Shown piece after piece: positions 50,714 through 62,081 of a stretch of 64,000 nucleotides of DNA. The notes beneath the pieces are model-generated. The model saw only the letters and a list, made by a program, of their open reading frames with translations, made no database searches and had not been told where the DNA came from. The position numbers and the translations under genes are program-made. Source of the stretch: Candidatus Poribacteria bacterium (GTDB taxonomy: Bacteria > Poribacteria > WGA-4E > JAJDTR01); the NCBI GenBank assembly GCA_965222225.1, contig CBDCTK010000002.1, positions 4,128,001 through 4,192,000 of the forward strand, given 5' to 3'. How positions within the stretch are numbered: the first letter of the stretch is position 1; every line of letters begins with the position of its first letter.

Positions 50714-52516
50714 GTGTTTGGCATGGGTGGTAATTTACATGACTATAGTGAAGAGGAGCAAGATCTTGGCAAAATCTATGACCGCGTACTAATGAGGCGG
50801 TTGGTTTCGTATATGAAACCGTATCGTGTTGAGGTTGTATTGCTGGCATTTCTCGTAGTCGGTGTAATGCTCGCTCAGTTGGCAGGTCCGATCCTTCTTC
50901 AGATTGCAATCGATCAATACATTCAGCCACGAGAACTAGCCGGTTTGGAGTTTATCGCCTTTTTCATGATTGCGGCTATGGTTGCGGAACTTGTGTTCAG
51001 CTATGTAAATGAGTATAGGATGCAGATGCTTGGGCAAAAAATCATGTATGATATTCGGACGCAAATCTTTTCCCATCTGCAAAGGCTCAATGTAAGTTAC
51101 TTTGATCGAAACCCCGTAGGGCGATTGATGACCCGCGTGATGGGGGATGTTCAGGCGCTCAACGAACTTTTTACATCGGGCGTAATTACGGTTTTTGCGA
51201 ATCTGTTGAATATCATTGGCATTATGGCGATGATGCTATTCTTGAATTGGAAACTTGCATTGGTGACGCTGACAGTTCTGCCAATCATCTTCGCTGCAAC
51301 AACAGTTTACCAAGTGTATTCCCGTAGGGCGTTTCGAGATCAACGTAAGCATCTTGCACGGATTAATGCTTTCTTGAACGAGAGCATTCTCGGCATGACA
51401 ACGGTGCAACTCTTTACACAGGAGCGTCGTAGCTTTCTCAAATTTGATGAGCGGAACCGGGAATATTTGCGGGCAAGTCTCAAGACTGCTATCTATTTTT
51501 CCATGTTTTTCCCACTTATTGAGGTAGTTGGTTCTCTTGCAACCGCGATAATCGTGTGGTACGGAGGTGGACAGATTCTACAGAATGCCCTTTCCTTCGG
51601 GGTACTCGTTGCTTTTATTCAATACGCACAACGTTTCTTTTGGCCCATCCGTGACTTGAGCGAACAGTACACGATTTTTCAATCAGCAATGGCTTCCTCC
51701 GAGCGAATCTTCGAACTCTTGGACACTCAACCGACAATCGTTGATGCTGCCGCACCTAAGGAAGTCAACCAATTCACAGGTCGAATTGAGGTCCGAAATG
51801 TCCGCTTCGCTTACCAAAAGGACGATTACGTGCTGCATGATGTATCTTTCAAGGTCGAACCGGGAGAGACGGTTGCCATTGTTGGTCACACCGGCTCGGG
51901 CAAGACGACAATCATTAATCTCCTGTGCCGATTTTATGAACCTAACGAAGGTTCCGTCTTGATTGATGGAGTGGATATCAGGCAGATGCGTCTGAACGAC
52001 TTGCGACGTGCCATCAGTATCGTGCAGCAAAATATCTTCCTGTTTTCCGATAGCATTGAGGAGAATATCCGGCTCGGGAACGAGAGTGTTACCCGCGAAC
52101 AAGTGATTGCAGCGGCGACAGAAGTACATCTTGACAAGTTTGTAAGCAGAATGGCGGATGGCTACGACACAAGTGTGCAGGAAGGCGGCAGCGGCTTGTC
52201 AGTCGGTCAAAAGCAGTTAGTCGCTTTTGCGCGCGCGTTGGTTTTCAATCCCGATATTCTAATTCTTGACGAAGCGACATCAAGCATTGATACCGAGACA
52301 GAACTTCTAATCCAGGATGCGTTGAGTCGCCTTATGGCAAATCGAACCTCAATTGTGATTGCGCATCGACTTTCGACCATTCAGAATGCCGACAAGATTA
52401 TTGTGATGCACAAGGGGCAGGTTCGTGAAATGGGGACACATAACGATCTCTTGCGAAAACGGGGTGTCTATTATCGGCTTTATCAGCTTCAGTATAAGGG
52501 CCAAGAAGTGGGGTAA
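50714..52516 (+). CDS. ABC exporter subunit (TMD+NBD), second half of the heterodimer
   Basis: GRLMTRV, GHTGSGKT, LSVGQKQL, LDEATS and IAHRLST. Confidence 0.93.
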   Translation: MFGMGGNLHDYSEEEQDLGKIYDRVLMRRLVSYMKPYRVEVVLLAFLVVGVMLAQLAGPILLQIAIDQYIQPRELAGLEFIAFFMIAAMVAELVFSYVNEYRMQMLGQKIMYDIRTQIFSHLQRLNVSYFDRNPVGRLMTRVMGDVQALNELFTSGVITVFANLLNIIGIMAMMLFLNWKLALVTLTVLPIIFAATTVYQVYSRRAFRDQRKHLARINAFLNESILGMTTVQLFTQERRSFLKFDERNREYLRASLKTAIYFSMFFPLIEVVGSLATAIIVWYGGGQILQNALSFGVLVAFIQYAQRFFWPIRDLSEQYTIFQSAMASSERIFELLDTQPTIVDAAAPKEVNQFTGRIEVRNVRFAYQKDDYVLHDVSFKVEPGETVAIVGHTGSGKTTIINLLCRFYEPNEGSVLIDGVDIRQMRLNDLRRAISIVQQNIFLFSDSIEENIRLGNESVTREQVIAAATEVHLDKFVSRMADGYDTSVQEGGSGLSVGQKQLVAFARALVFNPDILILDEATSSIDTETELLIQDALSRLMANRTSIVIAHRLSTIQNADKIIVMHKGQVREMGTHNDLLRKRGVYYRLYQLQYKGQEVG

Positions 52517-53240
52517 TCTAGTCTTATCAACAGGCGAGTCCATTCATTATCCATGCTAATTATCGCTACTACTATATATGTGATTGCACCTGCATCCACT
52601 TGCCGGTGAAACCTTCTTCATCTCACTACAAGTCGGGAAACTCAAGCTAAAGTAACTACGTCCCCACTCCCTCGCATCAATTGAGTCCATCGAATTCTCG
52701 ACGAATTAGGATTTGAAAAACCGTTTTGACGATTCTACCCAAGTCTACGTATATTAAAAGAACGTCAAGCCTGTAGCTCATCGCAATTGTCAGTTTTGGG
52801 CAGGAAGCCGTAAAGCGCTGTAACAACTTAGCTGAAGGATCTTGCACGAAGGCGTCTATCCCATCAAGATATTCTGCACCAAATGCGTTCAGTTGTTTCA
52901 TATATGCCACTGGAAAGCCGTTTATGCCGCATGAAATCCGCTGTCTTGGGCTATCGCCACATTTGGCATAAAATTTGCCCTGTAACGGCGCAGTCAGTGC
53001 TTGACACAATGGTGAGGGCGTTAAAATTTACATCCTAGATTTTTTGAGTTAGCTAACGACAACGTATGTTGTCTTTCAGATCGACTTGGAGTGTTGGTCT
53101 ATTGTGACGTGGAAGTAGGGGGTTATGGAATTGACTTCCCATATTGTGTTACAGATTTCCATGTAAAATCATTGTTTTAACACAGGCTGGCGGAAACGAG
53201 TAGTTGAATGCACGTATGTGAAACTGCTTGAGGCTTAATT

Positions 53241-55268
53241 ATGATTCGTCAATCTAAGAAAACACGTGCTGCAAGAGCGCTTCTCATATCAGCGGTTGTC
53301 CATCTTTTCCTCATGATTGTGTTGACTTTTCTGTTTTACAATAGTGAAAAAGCAGAATTTGACGACGCAATTGGCGTCGAATTTCTTGATAAAGACAATC
53401 TTCAGAAGCCGCGCCGGAAGTTGCTTAAGCCCCCTCTACCCAAACAACTGCTGACACTGCGGAAATCCCAATCCACGACAAGCGATCAACCACGAACTGT
53501 CAAGTTAATTGCATCCTCAAATCCGATTGACGAAACCGCGCGCCGCCTACCCAATTCACTGTTCCGGAACGCGACTACGAATCAGGATAATCCGCAAGAT
53601 CAGCTTCCTGACGTTATGACGGATACACAACGTATCTACAGTCGTGAGGTATCAATCCCTGAATCTGTTGCAAGCCGATTTCAGGAGGATGATGCAGATG
53701 GCGTTAAGAGTTATCGTCAGCGAGTGAGCGGAGAGGGGGCCAATGGACTTCACTCCGTCGAATCAACGGGTGCTTCGGATGTTGGGACAGTGGGAGATCA
53801 ACCGGGGACGGGCCAAGGTGGCACCGGCGGCAAGATCAACGCGAACAACCCTTTTGCCCATGCACTGAAGCGCATTGCCGACCACGTCATAAGCACAAGA
53901 GAAACGGACAAGGTTAACGTGGTCTTCGTGGTCGATACGAGCGCAAGTATGCGGGACAACATCCAACAGGTCGCCAACCACCTGAACATAATGACTGATG
54001 AATTTGATACCATCAAGCTGGAATATTATCTAGGAATGTCCGAATTCAGCGTCCGGCGCGATGGCCAACGCTTAAAGACAGTTTCGTTAAGACCTGATGT
54101 AGGGCTGATTCGTCGAAATATGCAACGCGCGCGACTTAGCGGAGATGAGCATGCGCTTGATGCGCTTGTCGATACTTTAAACTATATGGAATTTCACCCC
54201 GACGCGGACAAGCACTTGGTATTAGTCACGGACGAACGTGCCACGACAAGCTTGGCACTGGAGAACGCGACGGTAGACATGCGCGCGAGGATAATCCGCG
54301 ATTGTCTGAGCCAAGAAATCCATACGAACGTACTTGGTTTCACCGAGCCATTCCAGAAGCAGATTGCCGAAGAAACAGGCGGACTTTGGCAAAAAATCCC
54401 TGGCGGATTACCTCAGGTAGCGTCTTTGCCGACCTCACGTTTAGCTAACGAGAGATTCCTCAAAGTTTTTCGCGACATCGTCAAGGACATTCGGCAGAGT
54501 GGGATCCTTGTGTTTAGCATGGACGTGGAGTTCCAGCATGACTTGGATGCTAAGGGCAACTTGATCTCGAACAGTATCTTACGTAGGTTCAAGAAACATG
54601 GTAGACCTCTGTCCGCGAAAGCGTACATCAAGAGAAATGGGAAAGGTCATAACTGGTTGATTCTTGACGGTCAAACCTCTTATACGATAAGAAAAGTTAA
54701 CGACAAGCTGAACGTTCATCTTGGTCATAGCGTAGAATCGCATTCAACTCCAAGTGTTGTGGATGTTGTAATCATGTTGGATTACAGTCGCAGCATGGGC
54801 GGAAAGTCCGAGGCCGTGATGCTCGGAATCAGTACACTGATTGGCAGGCTCGATCTTCTCTCAATCTCTTATAGAATTCAACTCATCCGTTTTGCCGAAG
54901 CAAAAGATGCAATCAAGTCTGTCGACGGGACTGTTGTCACGCAAGGCTTTGTTACGGAGTCCCAAATCAAGACATTTCTGGAAGCTCCTTTCGGCGGTGA
55001 CGAGCATTTGATTGATGCTATCGTAGAGGGGTTGCCGAAGATTGAGTTTCGCCCTAATGCGGCTCGTGTTCTTCTTGTTCTGACGGATGAGCCAAGCACC
55101 GGTAGTCTTACAGAAGATCGGGCAATCGAAGTCTGTCAATCGCTCGGTATACAAGCGTATGTGATTGGTGATCCTACTGACGTATTTCAACTCGCACTTG
55201 CCGAGCGAACCGGTGGTCGTCTGTTCACAATGTCCAATCACCTGAGCAAGAGATACCCGTACCAATGA
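53241..55268 (+). CDS. Membrane-anchored protein with two vWA domains
   Basis: N-terminal TM (S...H), a low-complexity linker, and MIDAS motifs VVDTSASM and MLDYSRSM, each followed by GDEH..DA and LxTDE. Confidence 0.85.
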   Translation: MIRQSKKTRAARALLISAVVHLFLMIVLTFLFYNSEKAEFDDAIGVEFLDKDNLQKPRRKLLKPPLPKQLLTLRKSQSTTSDQPRTVKLIASSNPIDETARRLPNSLFRNATTNQDNPQDQLPDVMTDTQRIYSREVSIPESVASRFQEDDADGVKSYRQRVSGEGANGLHSVESTGASDVGTVGDQPGTGQGGTGGKINANNPFAHALKRIADHVISTRETDKVNVVFVVDTSASMRDNIQQVANHLNIMTDEFDTIKLEYYLGMSEFSVRRDGQRLKTVSLRPDVGLIRRNMQRARLSGDEHALDALVDTLNYMEFHPDADKHLVLVTDERATTSLALENATVDMRARIIRDCLSQEIHTNVLGFTEPFQKQIAEETGGLWQKIPGGLPQVASLPTSRLANERFLKVFRDIVKDIRQSGILVFSMDVEFQHDLDAKGNLISNSILRRFKKHGRPLSAKAYIKRNGKGHNWLILDGQTSYTIRKVNDKLNVHLGHSVESHSTPSVVDVVIMLDYSRSMGGKSEAVMLGISTLIGRLDLLSISYRIQLIRFAEAKDAIKSVDGTVVTQGFVTESQIKTFLEAPFGGDEHLIDAIVEGLPKIEFRPNAARVLLVLTDEPSTGSLTEDRAIEVCQSLGIQAYVIGDPTDVFQLALAERTGGRLFTMSNHLSKRYPYQ

Positions 55269-55334
55269 TGCGGAATAGGTCGTATTTGAAGCATTATTGA
55301 CCAAAATTCAAATCCTATCATACAGGAGAAATCG

Positions 55335-55859
55335 ATGTCGGAAAAATCGTCCGCAAGCACCGAACAGCATCGAGAGGCCGCAGCTGAACAGGGGCCAGTC
55401 AAAGTAGCAATCGTAACCGTGAGTGACACGCGTACTGCGGAAACGGACAAGAACGCCGCCTATCTGCGCGAACAAATAGCTAATGGTGGAAACAGCGCGA
55501 TTGCTTATCGTATTATCAAGGATGAACCGGCTCAGGTGGAGGCAGTTTTGGATGAGATGACGGAGACAGACGCACGCGTTATCCTCTTTAACGGCGGCAC
55601 GGGAATCGCACCTCGTGACACGACCTTTGATGTGTTAAGCCGCAAGCTGGAGAAAACCTTGCCCGGTTTTGGGGAGCTCTTCCGTGTGTTTAGTTACGAA
55701 CAGGTCGGCGCGGCAGCGATACTTTCACGCGCAACGGCGGGAGTATATCATGGGAAGGTAATCATCTCAACGCCGGGTTCAAGCGCAGCAGTGCAACTGG
55801 CGTGGGAAAAACTCATTGGGCCAGAACTACAACACCTCGCATGGGAAGTTGGACGCTGA
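55335..55859 (+). CDS. moaB: Molybdenum cofactor biosynthesis protein MoaB/Mog
   Basis: VTVSDTR, GGTG...RD.T, LPGFGE.FR, LSRA.AG and PGS. Confidence 0.9.
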   Translation: MSEKSSASTEQHREAAAEQGPVKVAIVTVSDTRTAETDKNAAYLREQIANGGNSAIAYRIIKDEPAQVEAVLDEMTETDARVILFNGGTGIAPRDTTFDVLSRKLEKTLPGFGELFRVFSYEQVGAAAILSRATAGVYHGKVIISTPGSSAAVQLAWEKLIGPELQHLAWEVGR

Positions 55860-55909
55860 AGGGCAGACTTGAGGGTTGGTGGTGTCAAGAGGTTGCAGAT
55901 TCAAATGCT

Positions 55910-56390
55910 CTATTTTCGTGCGAGTTCATAATGAATGAGTTCCAATCCTCCGTATGCATCCGCTTGACTCCGCCCAACTTCAATTAAGCCGCACGAGAGG
56001 TATGTTCTACGAGCAGGTAGAAAAAACGGGTGATATGCGGTCGTCACCTTGGCGCGATGTACTTGGGACAGCAATTCATCCAACCCCATTTGGCCCTGTC
56101 CCTTCCCATATCCTTTGCGACGGTGGAGCGGCACAATGCAGTTGTGACCAAATGATCCAACTTCTGCCCCCTCTGCGTACCAAGATACAAACCCAATCGG
56201 CTTATCGTCGAAGGTACTTATCACTCACTGCTTTGCCGCTTGAATTTGGGCCATCAAACAGATCGTCGTCAGTAGCCTCGAATCCGTGTTTGTAATTGGG
56301 TTTCGCTTCCAACAGGCTCGCATAACTTACGCAAAGCAGTTTGTAGATAAGGCGTCTGTCAAATTGGTCGACCCGTTTGAATTCAATCAT
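55910..56390 (-). pseudogene. GNAT acetyltransferase, frameshifted
   Basis: Two overlapping ORFs (56202-56390 and 55910-56224). Motif A is HRRKGYGK. Confidence 0.7.
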
Positions 56391-56429
56391 CTGAAATGGA
56401 ATTGCGGCAGATTTCTACGGGGATGCGTC

Positions 56430-57349
56430 CTACCCGTTACGGTATCTCGCCAATATTTCTTGGAGGCCTCTCCGATCCAAGACCTCTTTGTTGACAATAT
56501 CATCCGAAATTTCACCTTGTGAAACCTGAATAACTCGTTGGCAGTTGGTGCGGCCAATGTCTTGGTAGCATTCGTCGGTCATGGCAATGGCGTGCGGCGT
56601 GAGTATGACATTATCAAGCGTGAGCAGTGGGTCGTCCGGGTCAACCGGTTCCTCTCCAAACACGTCAATTCCTGCCCCTCGAATGCCCTTCGTTTTCAGA
56701 GCTTCGGTCAACGCCCCCTGATCGACTATGGGTCCACGTTCAGTATTGATAAAAAAGGCACTGGATTTCATAAGTCTAAATTCACGAGCACCGATTAATC
56801 CGTGGGTCTCCTCGGTAAGTGGACAGCAGACACACACGTAGTCTGCTTCTGCAAGTAGCGATTGCAAGTCCGTAAGCTCTACGTTCAAAGATTTGGCAAG
56901 TTCGGTTGGAGCGTAGGGGTCGTACGCCATTCCCCCGTTACGAACAGCTTTGTCCCTTGCGATGACATGCTTCGACAACGCAAACATTAGGGAGATAATC
57001 CCTTCTGCCACCGGGTGCCGCACACCGCGCGGCGTAATCGCAATCATTACGTTTGCTTCAGTTGCCGCTTGGAGATCGAAGTTATCGTAACCGACGCCAT
57101 GCCTTGCGATTAGGGTCAGATGGTCTGCGCCTTCAAAAGTCTCCGTCGTGTAAACGCCACCAAACGCGATGAATGCGTCAAGCCCGCACATTTCCTTGAG
57201 GGGAACTAAGGTAGATCTGTTTTGATAAAGTGATATTCAATATGTGGTTGCTTCTCAAGTAAATCAAGCCCAATGTCCTTGAAGCGCAATCTACCATCCA
57301 AGTCTAAGAATCTGGGAGCTAATCCGACGCGGAATTTTTCTTTTTCCAT
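56430..57349 (-). pseudogene. D-2-hydroxyacid/phosphoglycerate dehydrogenase-like remnant
   Basis: ARHGVGYDN, CPLT.ET, INTERG and TPH are present. There is a frameshift near 57205, and the GxGxxG segment is missing (VRNGG joins MAYDPY). Confidence 0.85.
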
Positions 57350-57393
57350 AGCCGTTTCTCTCCATTCAAGCACGACAATTTATCTGCCGTCAA

Positions 57394-58287
57394 CTACAAT
57401 ACTTCACGTACAAACGTGTACATACCTCTCATCCAGAAGGCGTAATAAATTCCATTTGCGTAGCAGAAATACATCGTCTTTAGCATGATGACAACGACAA
57501 GAATGGCAGCGCCGGTCGTTATTAAGAGTATGTCCCGGGGTTGCATCTTCAGAGATCGTAAATATGTACGCTGTTTTCCGACAATATCGGGTGAGAACGC
57601 TCGACTTTCTACAGCTTCCCCGAGATGTGTAGCGCGGCGAATATTGTTGGTCAAAATCGGGCGAAAACTGTTGAGAAGCCCACGAATAATCTGCAGTGGG
57701 TTGAATTGGAAGTAACGAAATCCTCTTAATCGCTGTGATCTAATCACATTTGCCGATTCAGCTGCTATCAGCGGGATATAGTGCAAGCCGGTGTTCACCA
57801 TGAACGCTAGGTTGTAGGGCACACGCAACTTTACAAAAGCCAATAGCAGATCGCGTGGTTGAGTTGACCAGACAATGAAGCACCCGATTGTCAGGGTTGT
57901 ATTGAATCGTAGCGACTGAATTGCACCGTGTAGAAGACCCTCGCGATACACTCGAACGCCTCCGGTCATGCTGCCGATTATCGGAACATCACGTCCTACG
58001 AGGATGAAAAATACTGTACGCGGAGACGCATTGTAGAATATGGCTTGACTGTATATCAATCCCCAGGTGGCAAAAAAAATGAATAAAATGAGCAGTCGGT
58101 ATTGGCGCCAGGATGGAAAAGAGAGTACAATCAACCCAATGCTAATTAGAAAGCAGAACAGTAACGACGTCGCGCTATCAAGCATGATAACGAGAGCCCC
58201 GAAGAACATTAGCATGAGGATTTTGGTGCGCGGATCGAGGTGTGTTATCGACATGTCAAATTGGTCTGGCTGTTCGCTAACCGCCAT
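57394..58287 (-). CDS. ecfT: ECF transporter transmembrane component T
   Basis: LDPRTK, SQRLRG and AVESRAF motifs. Confidence 0.88.
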   Translation of the reverse strand: MAVSEQPDQFDMSITHLDPRTKILMLMFFGALVIMLDSATSLLFCFLISIGLIVLSFPSWRQYRLLILFIFFATWGLIYSQAIFYNASPRTVFFILVGRDVPIIGSMTGGVRVYREGLLHGAIQSLRFNTTLTIGCFIVWSTQPRDLLLAFVKLRVPYNLAFMVNTGLHYIPLIAAESANVIRSQRLRGFRYFQFNPLQIIRGLLNSFRPILTNNIRRATHLGEAVESRAFSPDIVGKQRTYLRSLKMQPRDILLITTGAAILVVVIMLKTMYFCYANGIYYAFWMRGMYTFVREVL

Positions 58288-59933
58288 TTCAATTGAGTCT
58301 TTAGAGGCGCAATAAGCGAAGCATACTCCAGAAGATCCGGATTTGAAAAGGCATCACTTGGTTTCCCGTCGAAAATCAGTTCACCTTGACGTAATAACAA
58401 CATACGTTTCGCGTATTGTAAAGTAAGTTGGGCGTCGTGGGTACAAAAAATCAGCGTTTTATTTTGCTTTTCGACAGTATCGCAAAGTACACCCATCAAC
58501 CGTTGGAGATGACTAAAATCCTGTCCCGCGGTAGGTTCGTCAAGGAGAAGAATGTTTGGGAGAAGCGAGTAGGCTGCGGCGGTTGCTGTTCGCTGTCGCT
58601 GTCCTCGCGAAAGGGAATAGGGAGCTTCATTACCGACACTGTCCAAATCGAATGCTGACATAACTTCCTCGGTCCGCTCCTCAATCTCATAACGAGATAG
58701 TTTAAGGTTTTTAGGACCGTAAGCGACTTCATCGCTTACGGTTGCCGCTTGCAGCAGGAGATCGGGATCTTGAAAGACAATTCCGATTTTTCCCGCCAAG
58801 TTGTGAAGCTTCAAGCGCTCTCTGCTTATGTCTGCAATGAGAATTCGTCCGGTCGTGGGACGAAGTAGCCCGGGAACAGATAAAAGCAGCGTCGTTTTTC
58901 CGGATCCATTTGCCCCCATAATCGCGATTACTTCACCTTTACTAATTTCAAATGAGACATCGCTTAAAGCAGGAATCGCAGTGCGTGGATACTGAAACGT
59001 GAGATTTTCGATACTGGCTAGTACATTTCGCGAATCTTGATGTGATTGATCGTGGCTAGCCAAGCCTGACAAATTTGATATTGGGGCAGATTTGCTTGGA
59101 AATCTATCGGCATGCATAAATATTTGCACAGCTTGATCGACAGTGAGAGGGCGTTCGGGTAGTCCCAACTGTTCCGATATTTCAGCCAAATCGGGAACCT
59201 CCACTCCCAAGTTACGATAAGAGCTGAGGTCTGAAAAGGCTCGATCCACGGGCGAATCCAAGGCGATTTCAGCATGATTCATCAGCCAAACGCGATCGCA
59301 CAACGGGGCAATTTCAGCGACACGATGGGTCGCGATTACAACCGTTATCTCATTCTCGCGGTTCAGCTGTCTGAGGATTTCCAGAATATCGCATGTGCTT
59401 GTTGGGTCGAGATGGCTGGTTGGCTCGTCTAGCAGGAGAATGCGTGGTTGCATTGCGCATAAGCAAGCGAGGGCAACTCGTTGCTTCTCACCGCCGGAGA
59501 GTGTCGAAATTGCGCGCGCCCTAAATCCGGATGGCAGCTTGACCTGTGTCAAGGCGGTGTCGATCCGGGCATCAATCTGAAAGGAGCGAACGCCAAGATT
59601 TTCTAGACCAAAGGCGATTTCATCTTCAACAACCGTGCAGAAAAACTGATCGTCAGGATTTTGAAATAGCAAACCTACGTGTTGACAGATTACTGCTAGA
59701 GGTTGGTCGGCAAGGTTTGTGTCATCAATAGTGACATTGCCAGACAGCACGCCGCCTGACGCGTGAGGGATTAAACCGTTCAAGGTTCGTAACAGGGTGG
59801 ATTTGCCACACCCGGTGGGGCCTGTCAAGAGGATAAACTCGCCGCGCTCGATTTCTGCGTTAATCTTCTTTAGGCTCGGTTCACTGCGACTTGGGTAGGT
59901 AAAACTCGCATCTCTAATCTCAATTTGGCTCAT
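58245..59933 (-). CDS. ECF transporter fused double ATPase
   Basis: Two NBDs: GPTGCGKS/FQNPD/LSGGE/LDEPT and GANGSGKT/FQDPD/LSRGQ/LDEPT. Confidence 0.92.
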   Translation of the reverse strand: MSQIEIRDASFTYPSRSEPSLKKINAEIERGEFILLTGPTGCGKSTLLRTLNGLIPHASGGVLSGNVTIDDTNLADQPLAVICQHVGLLFQNPDDQFFCTVVEDEIAFGLENLGVRSFQIDARIDTALTQVKLPSGFRARAISTLSGGEKQRVALACLCAMQPRILLLDEPTSHLDPTSTCDILEILRQLNRENEITVVIATHRVAEIAPLCDRVWLMNHAEIALDSPVDRAFSDLSSYRNLGVEVPDLAEISEQLGLPERPLTVDQAVQIFMHADRFPSKSAPISNLSGLASHDQSHQDSRNVLASIENLTFQYPRTAIPALSDVSFEISKGEVIAIMGANGSGKTTLLLSVPGLLRPTTGRILIADISRERLKLHNLAGKIGIVFQDPDLLLQAATVSDEVAYGPKNLKLSRYEIEERTEEVMSAFDLDSVGNEAPYSLSRGQRQRTATAAAYSLLPNILLLDEPTAGQDFSHLQRLMGVLCDTVEKQNKTLIFCTHDAQLTLQYAKRMLLLRQGELIFDGKPSDAFSNPDLLEYASLIAPLKTQLKWRLANSQTNLTCR

Positions 59934-59942
59934 CCATTCAAC

Positions 59943-61934
59943 CTAATCTAGACCCTCAATTTGAAATGGGAGAGTGCCAAAGAGCTCTTCGAGATACTGT
60001 TTTATCGTAATTCGGAAGGCATCAAGCGGCTCGGCGACATGATGTCTAAAATCGTGGTGGACATGTTCATATTGTGTATGCACACGGTTCATGAGACTGT
60101 GTACATAATCCCGCATCTCAGGTATACGTTCGCTGTGCGCTTTGGCAAATCGAGACACCACTTCCTTAAACGCACGTAGTTCCGCCTCCAAGTACACTAT
60201 GAATACGGATTTCTGGAAGGCTTCAAGGGCATCCCTCACACCACGCCTGAAATCTCTGTGCACAGTCTCATATTCGGCACGTACTTTAGCCAAGAGTGCT
60301 TGGGCATGCACGCCAATTTCACCGATACGATTAGCTCGTGATTTCACGAATTTAGATGCGCTATCCCTGAAACTTCTTAACTCCGAATGTAGGTATTGCT
60401 TGAAACTGTCTACAGCAATCTGCTGACTTGTGACCTTCTCGTGGTGGTATCCTAGAATTGCAAACAAGACTGCATCGGGTAGTCGCCGAGGATAGCGCAT
60501 GAGGACTTGGCTCAAGAACCAGAGATAAGTCGGCCCTTGCTTGCGCGAAAACAGTTGCTGCCGCAATGACTTCAACAATGCGCCCAATTCCATCTTCCCG
60601 ACACGAACGGTTCGCCTCCTGGGCCGCCAATTCTCGAACAAGGTTAAACATCTTTCAAAATAACCTCTTAGACTGGGTTCATAGAGCACGTTTAGAATCC
60701 GCTTGTACTCTTTTATGAGCACCTCACGGTCAAGTTCGGGGACAAAATTCAACTCAACACTGACATTGTTTCCGCTTGATTCGCCGAGGAGCCTTCCTTC
60801 CGTTTCAAGACGTTTGTATAGATTTGTTTGTTTCAATGCAGTAAGAAGTCCCGCCATTGCCCTAGGAATTCCAGCCTTTTGGATGAAATCAATGTGTGAC
60901 TGAAATTCTTTGTCTCCGTCAAGGCCAACAATGAATCCTGCCGTGGTTTCGAGACCTGCCTCCTGTATCGTTCTTATGGCGCGCAGCAAATAGCTCTCAG
61001 CCGATTCATCCTTACTAGTATTTTGTTGTTTAACCGTTTTCTGTAGGGCCTCGTCATTCGGACTCTCGATTCCCAAGAACGTCATGATAAAGCCTGCGTT
61101 GGCCATACCATCTAGCATACCAGGGATATCAACTAAGTTTACGCTTGTCTCGGTGTAAAGTTGAAATGGGAAGTCCCTAGCTTCCTGCCATTCAGTGATG
61201 GCTGGTAAAAGCCGTATCGCATCACGCTTGTTGCCGATAAAATTATCGTCAACGAGGAACATTGCGCCACGCCAGCCTAGGTGATGAAGCAAATTGAATT
61301 CCGCCAACACCTGATCACTCGTTTTGGTCCGAGGCACTCGCCCGAATAGTTTGGTAATGTCGCAGAACTCACAGTCAAATGGACAACCACGAGAAAATTG
61401 CAGCGCCATCGAGCCGTAGTCCTTGAGATTCACGAGATCATATCTCGGATGTGGCGTCTTCGTGACATCCGGCTTTCTTGGTTCTGTATATACATCCTTG
61501 GCATTTCCACTTGCAAGGTCTGTGAGAAAACCATCGAAGCTTTCTTCGACCTCTCCGAAAAGAAAATGATCTACCCAACCGCCGCGCTCTTGCATTGCAC
61601 TCACAATCTCCTCGCGATAGGAGGTTGGATGAGGTCCACCCGAAACGACAGGTTTATTTGCACGATTGCAGCGCTCAACGACCTCAAAATATGAGTCTTT
61701 TTGGACAATCATGGTGGAGGTAAAAACGACATCCGCCCACTCAAGATCTGCGTCGAGTAGAGGTGCGACATTCATATCAACGACTTTGAGGCAATAATCT
61801 TTAGGGAACAACCCAGCTACGGTCAGTAATCCGAGCGGGGGCATGTTGGATTTCCTGCCGATGAATTGTAAGGCGTAGTTATATCCCCAATAGGAGGGAG
61901 GAAATTCCGGGTAAACCAAGAGGGCATTAGGCAT
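59943..61934 (-). CDS. B12-binding radical SAM protein (DUF4070, HpnP-like architecture), copy B
   Basis: PPLGLLTVA, GGPHPT, SRGCPFDCEFC, DDNFIGN and FLGIESP. Confidence 0.92.
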   Translation of the reverse strand: MPNALLVYPEFPPSYWGYNYALQFIGRKSNMPPLGLLTVAGLFPKDYCLKVVDMNVAPLLDADLEWADVVFTSTMIVQKDSYFEVVERCNRANKPVVSGGPHPTSYREEIVSAMQERGGWVDHFLFGEVEESFDGFLTDLASGNAKDVYTEPRKPDVTKTPHPRYDLVNLKDYGSMALQFSRGCPFDCEFCDITKLFGRVPRTKTSDQVLAEFNLLHHLGWRGAMFLVDDNFIGNKRDAIRLLPAITEWQEARDFPFQLYTETSVNLVDIPGMLDGMANAGFIMTFLGIESPNDEALQKTVKQQNTSKDESAESYLLRAIRTIQEAGLETTAGFIVGLDGDKEFQSHIDFIQKAGIPRAMAGLLTALKQTNLYKRLETEGRLLGESSGNNVSVELNFVPELDREVLIKEYKRILNVLYEPSLRGYFERCLTLFENWRPRRRTVRVGKMELGALLKSLRQQLFSRKQGPTYLWFLSQVLMRYPRRLPDAVLFAILGYHHEKVTSQQIAVDSFKQYLHSELRSFRDSASKFVKSRANRIGEIGVHAQALLAKVRAEYETVHRDFRRGVRDALEAFQKSVFIVYLEAELRAFKEVVSRFAKAHSERIPEMRDYVHSLMNRVHTQYEHVHHDFRHHVAEPLDAFRITIKQYLEELFGTLPFQIEGLD

Positions 61935-62081
61935 GTAGCTGCACGTCCAATCTGAGGGATGGAGAATATTCTGGATTTGTTACGATGGCAAGTCTCGACG
62001 CAATTTCCGCAATCAGTTCACTCCGTGAGCCTCTTGCGTAATTCCGGGAACGAGAAATCTTCTTACGATTACTTATCTTCT

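Noticed and set aside
52677-53009. 110-aa minus-strand ORF in the long spacer
   Set aside because: It has no recognisable motif or RBS and may be decayed sequence.
61935-62081. Cobalamin riboswitch between the radical SAM genes
   Set aside because: Only a gagacttgcc look-alike is present. I see no B12-box core, and the spacer is short.
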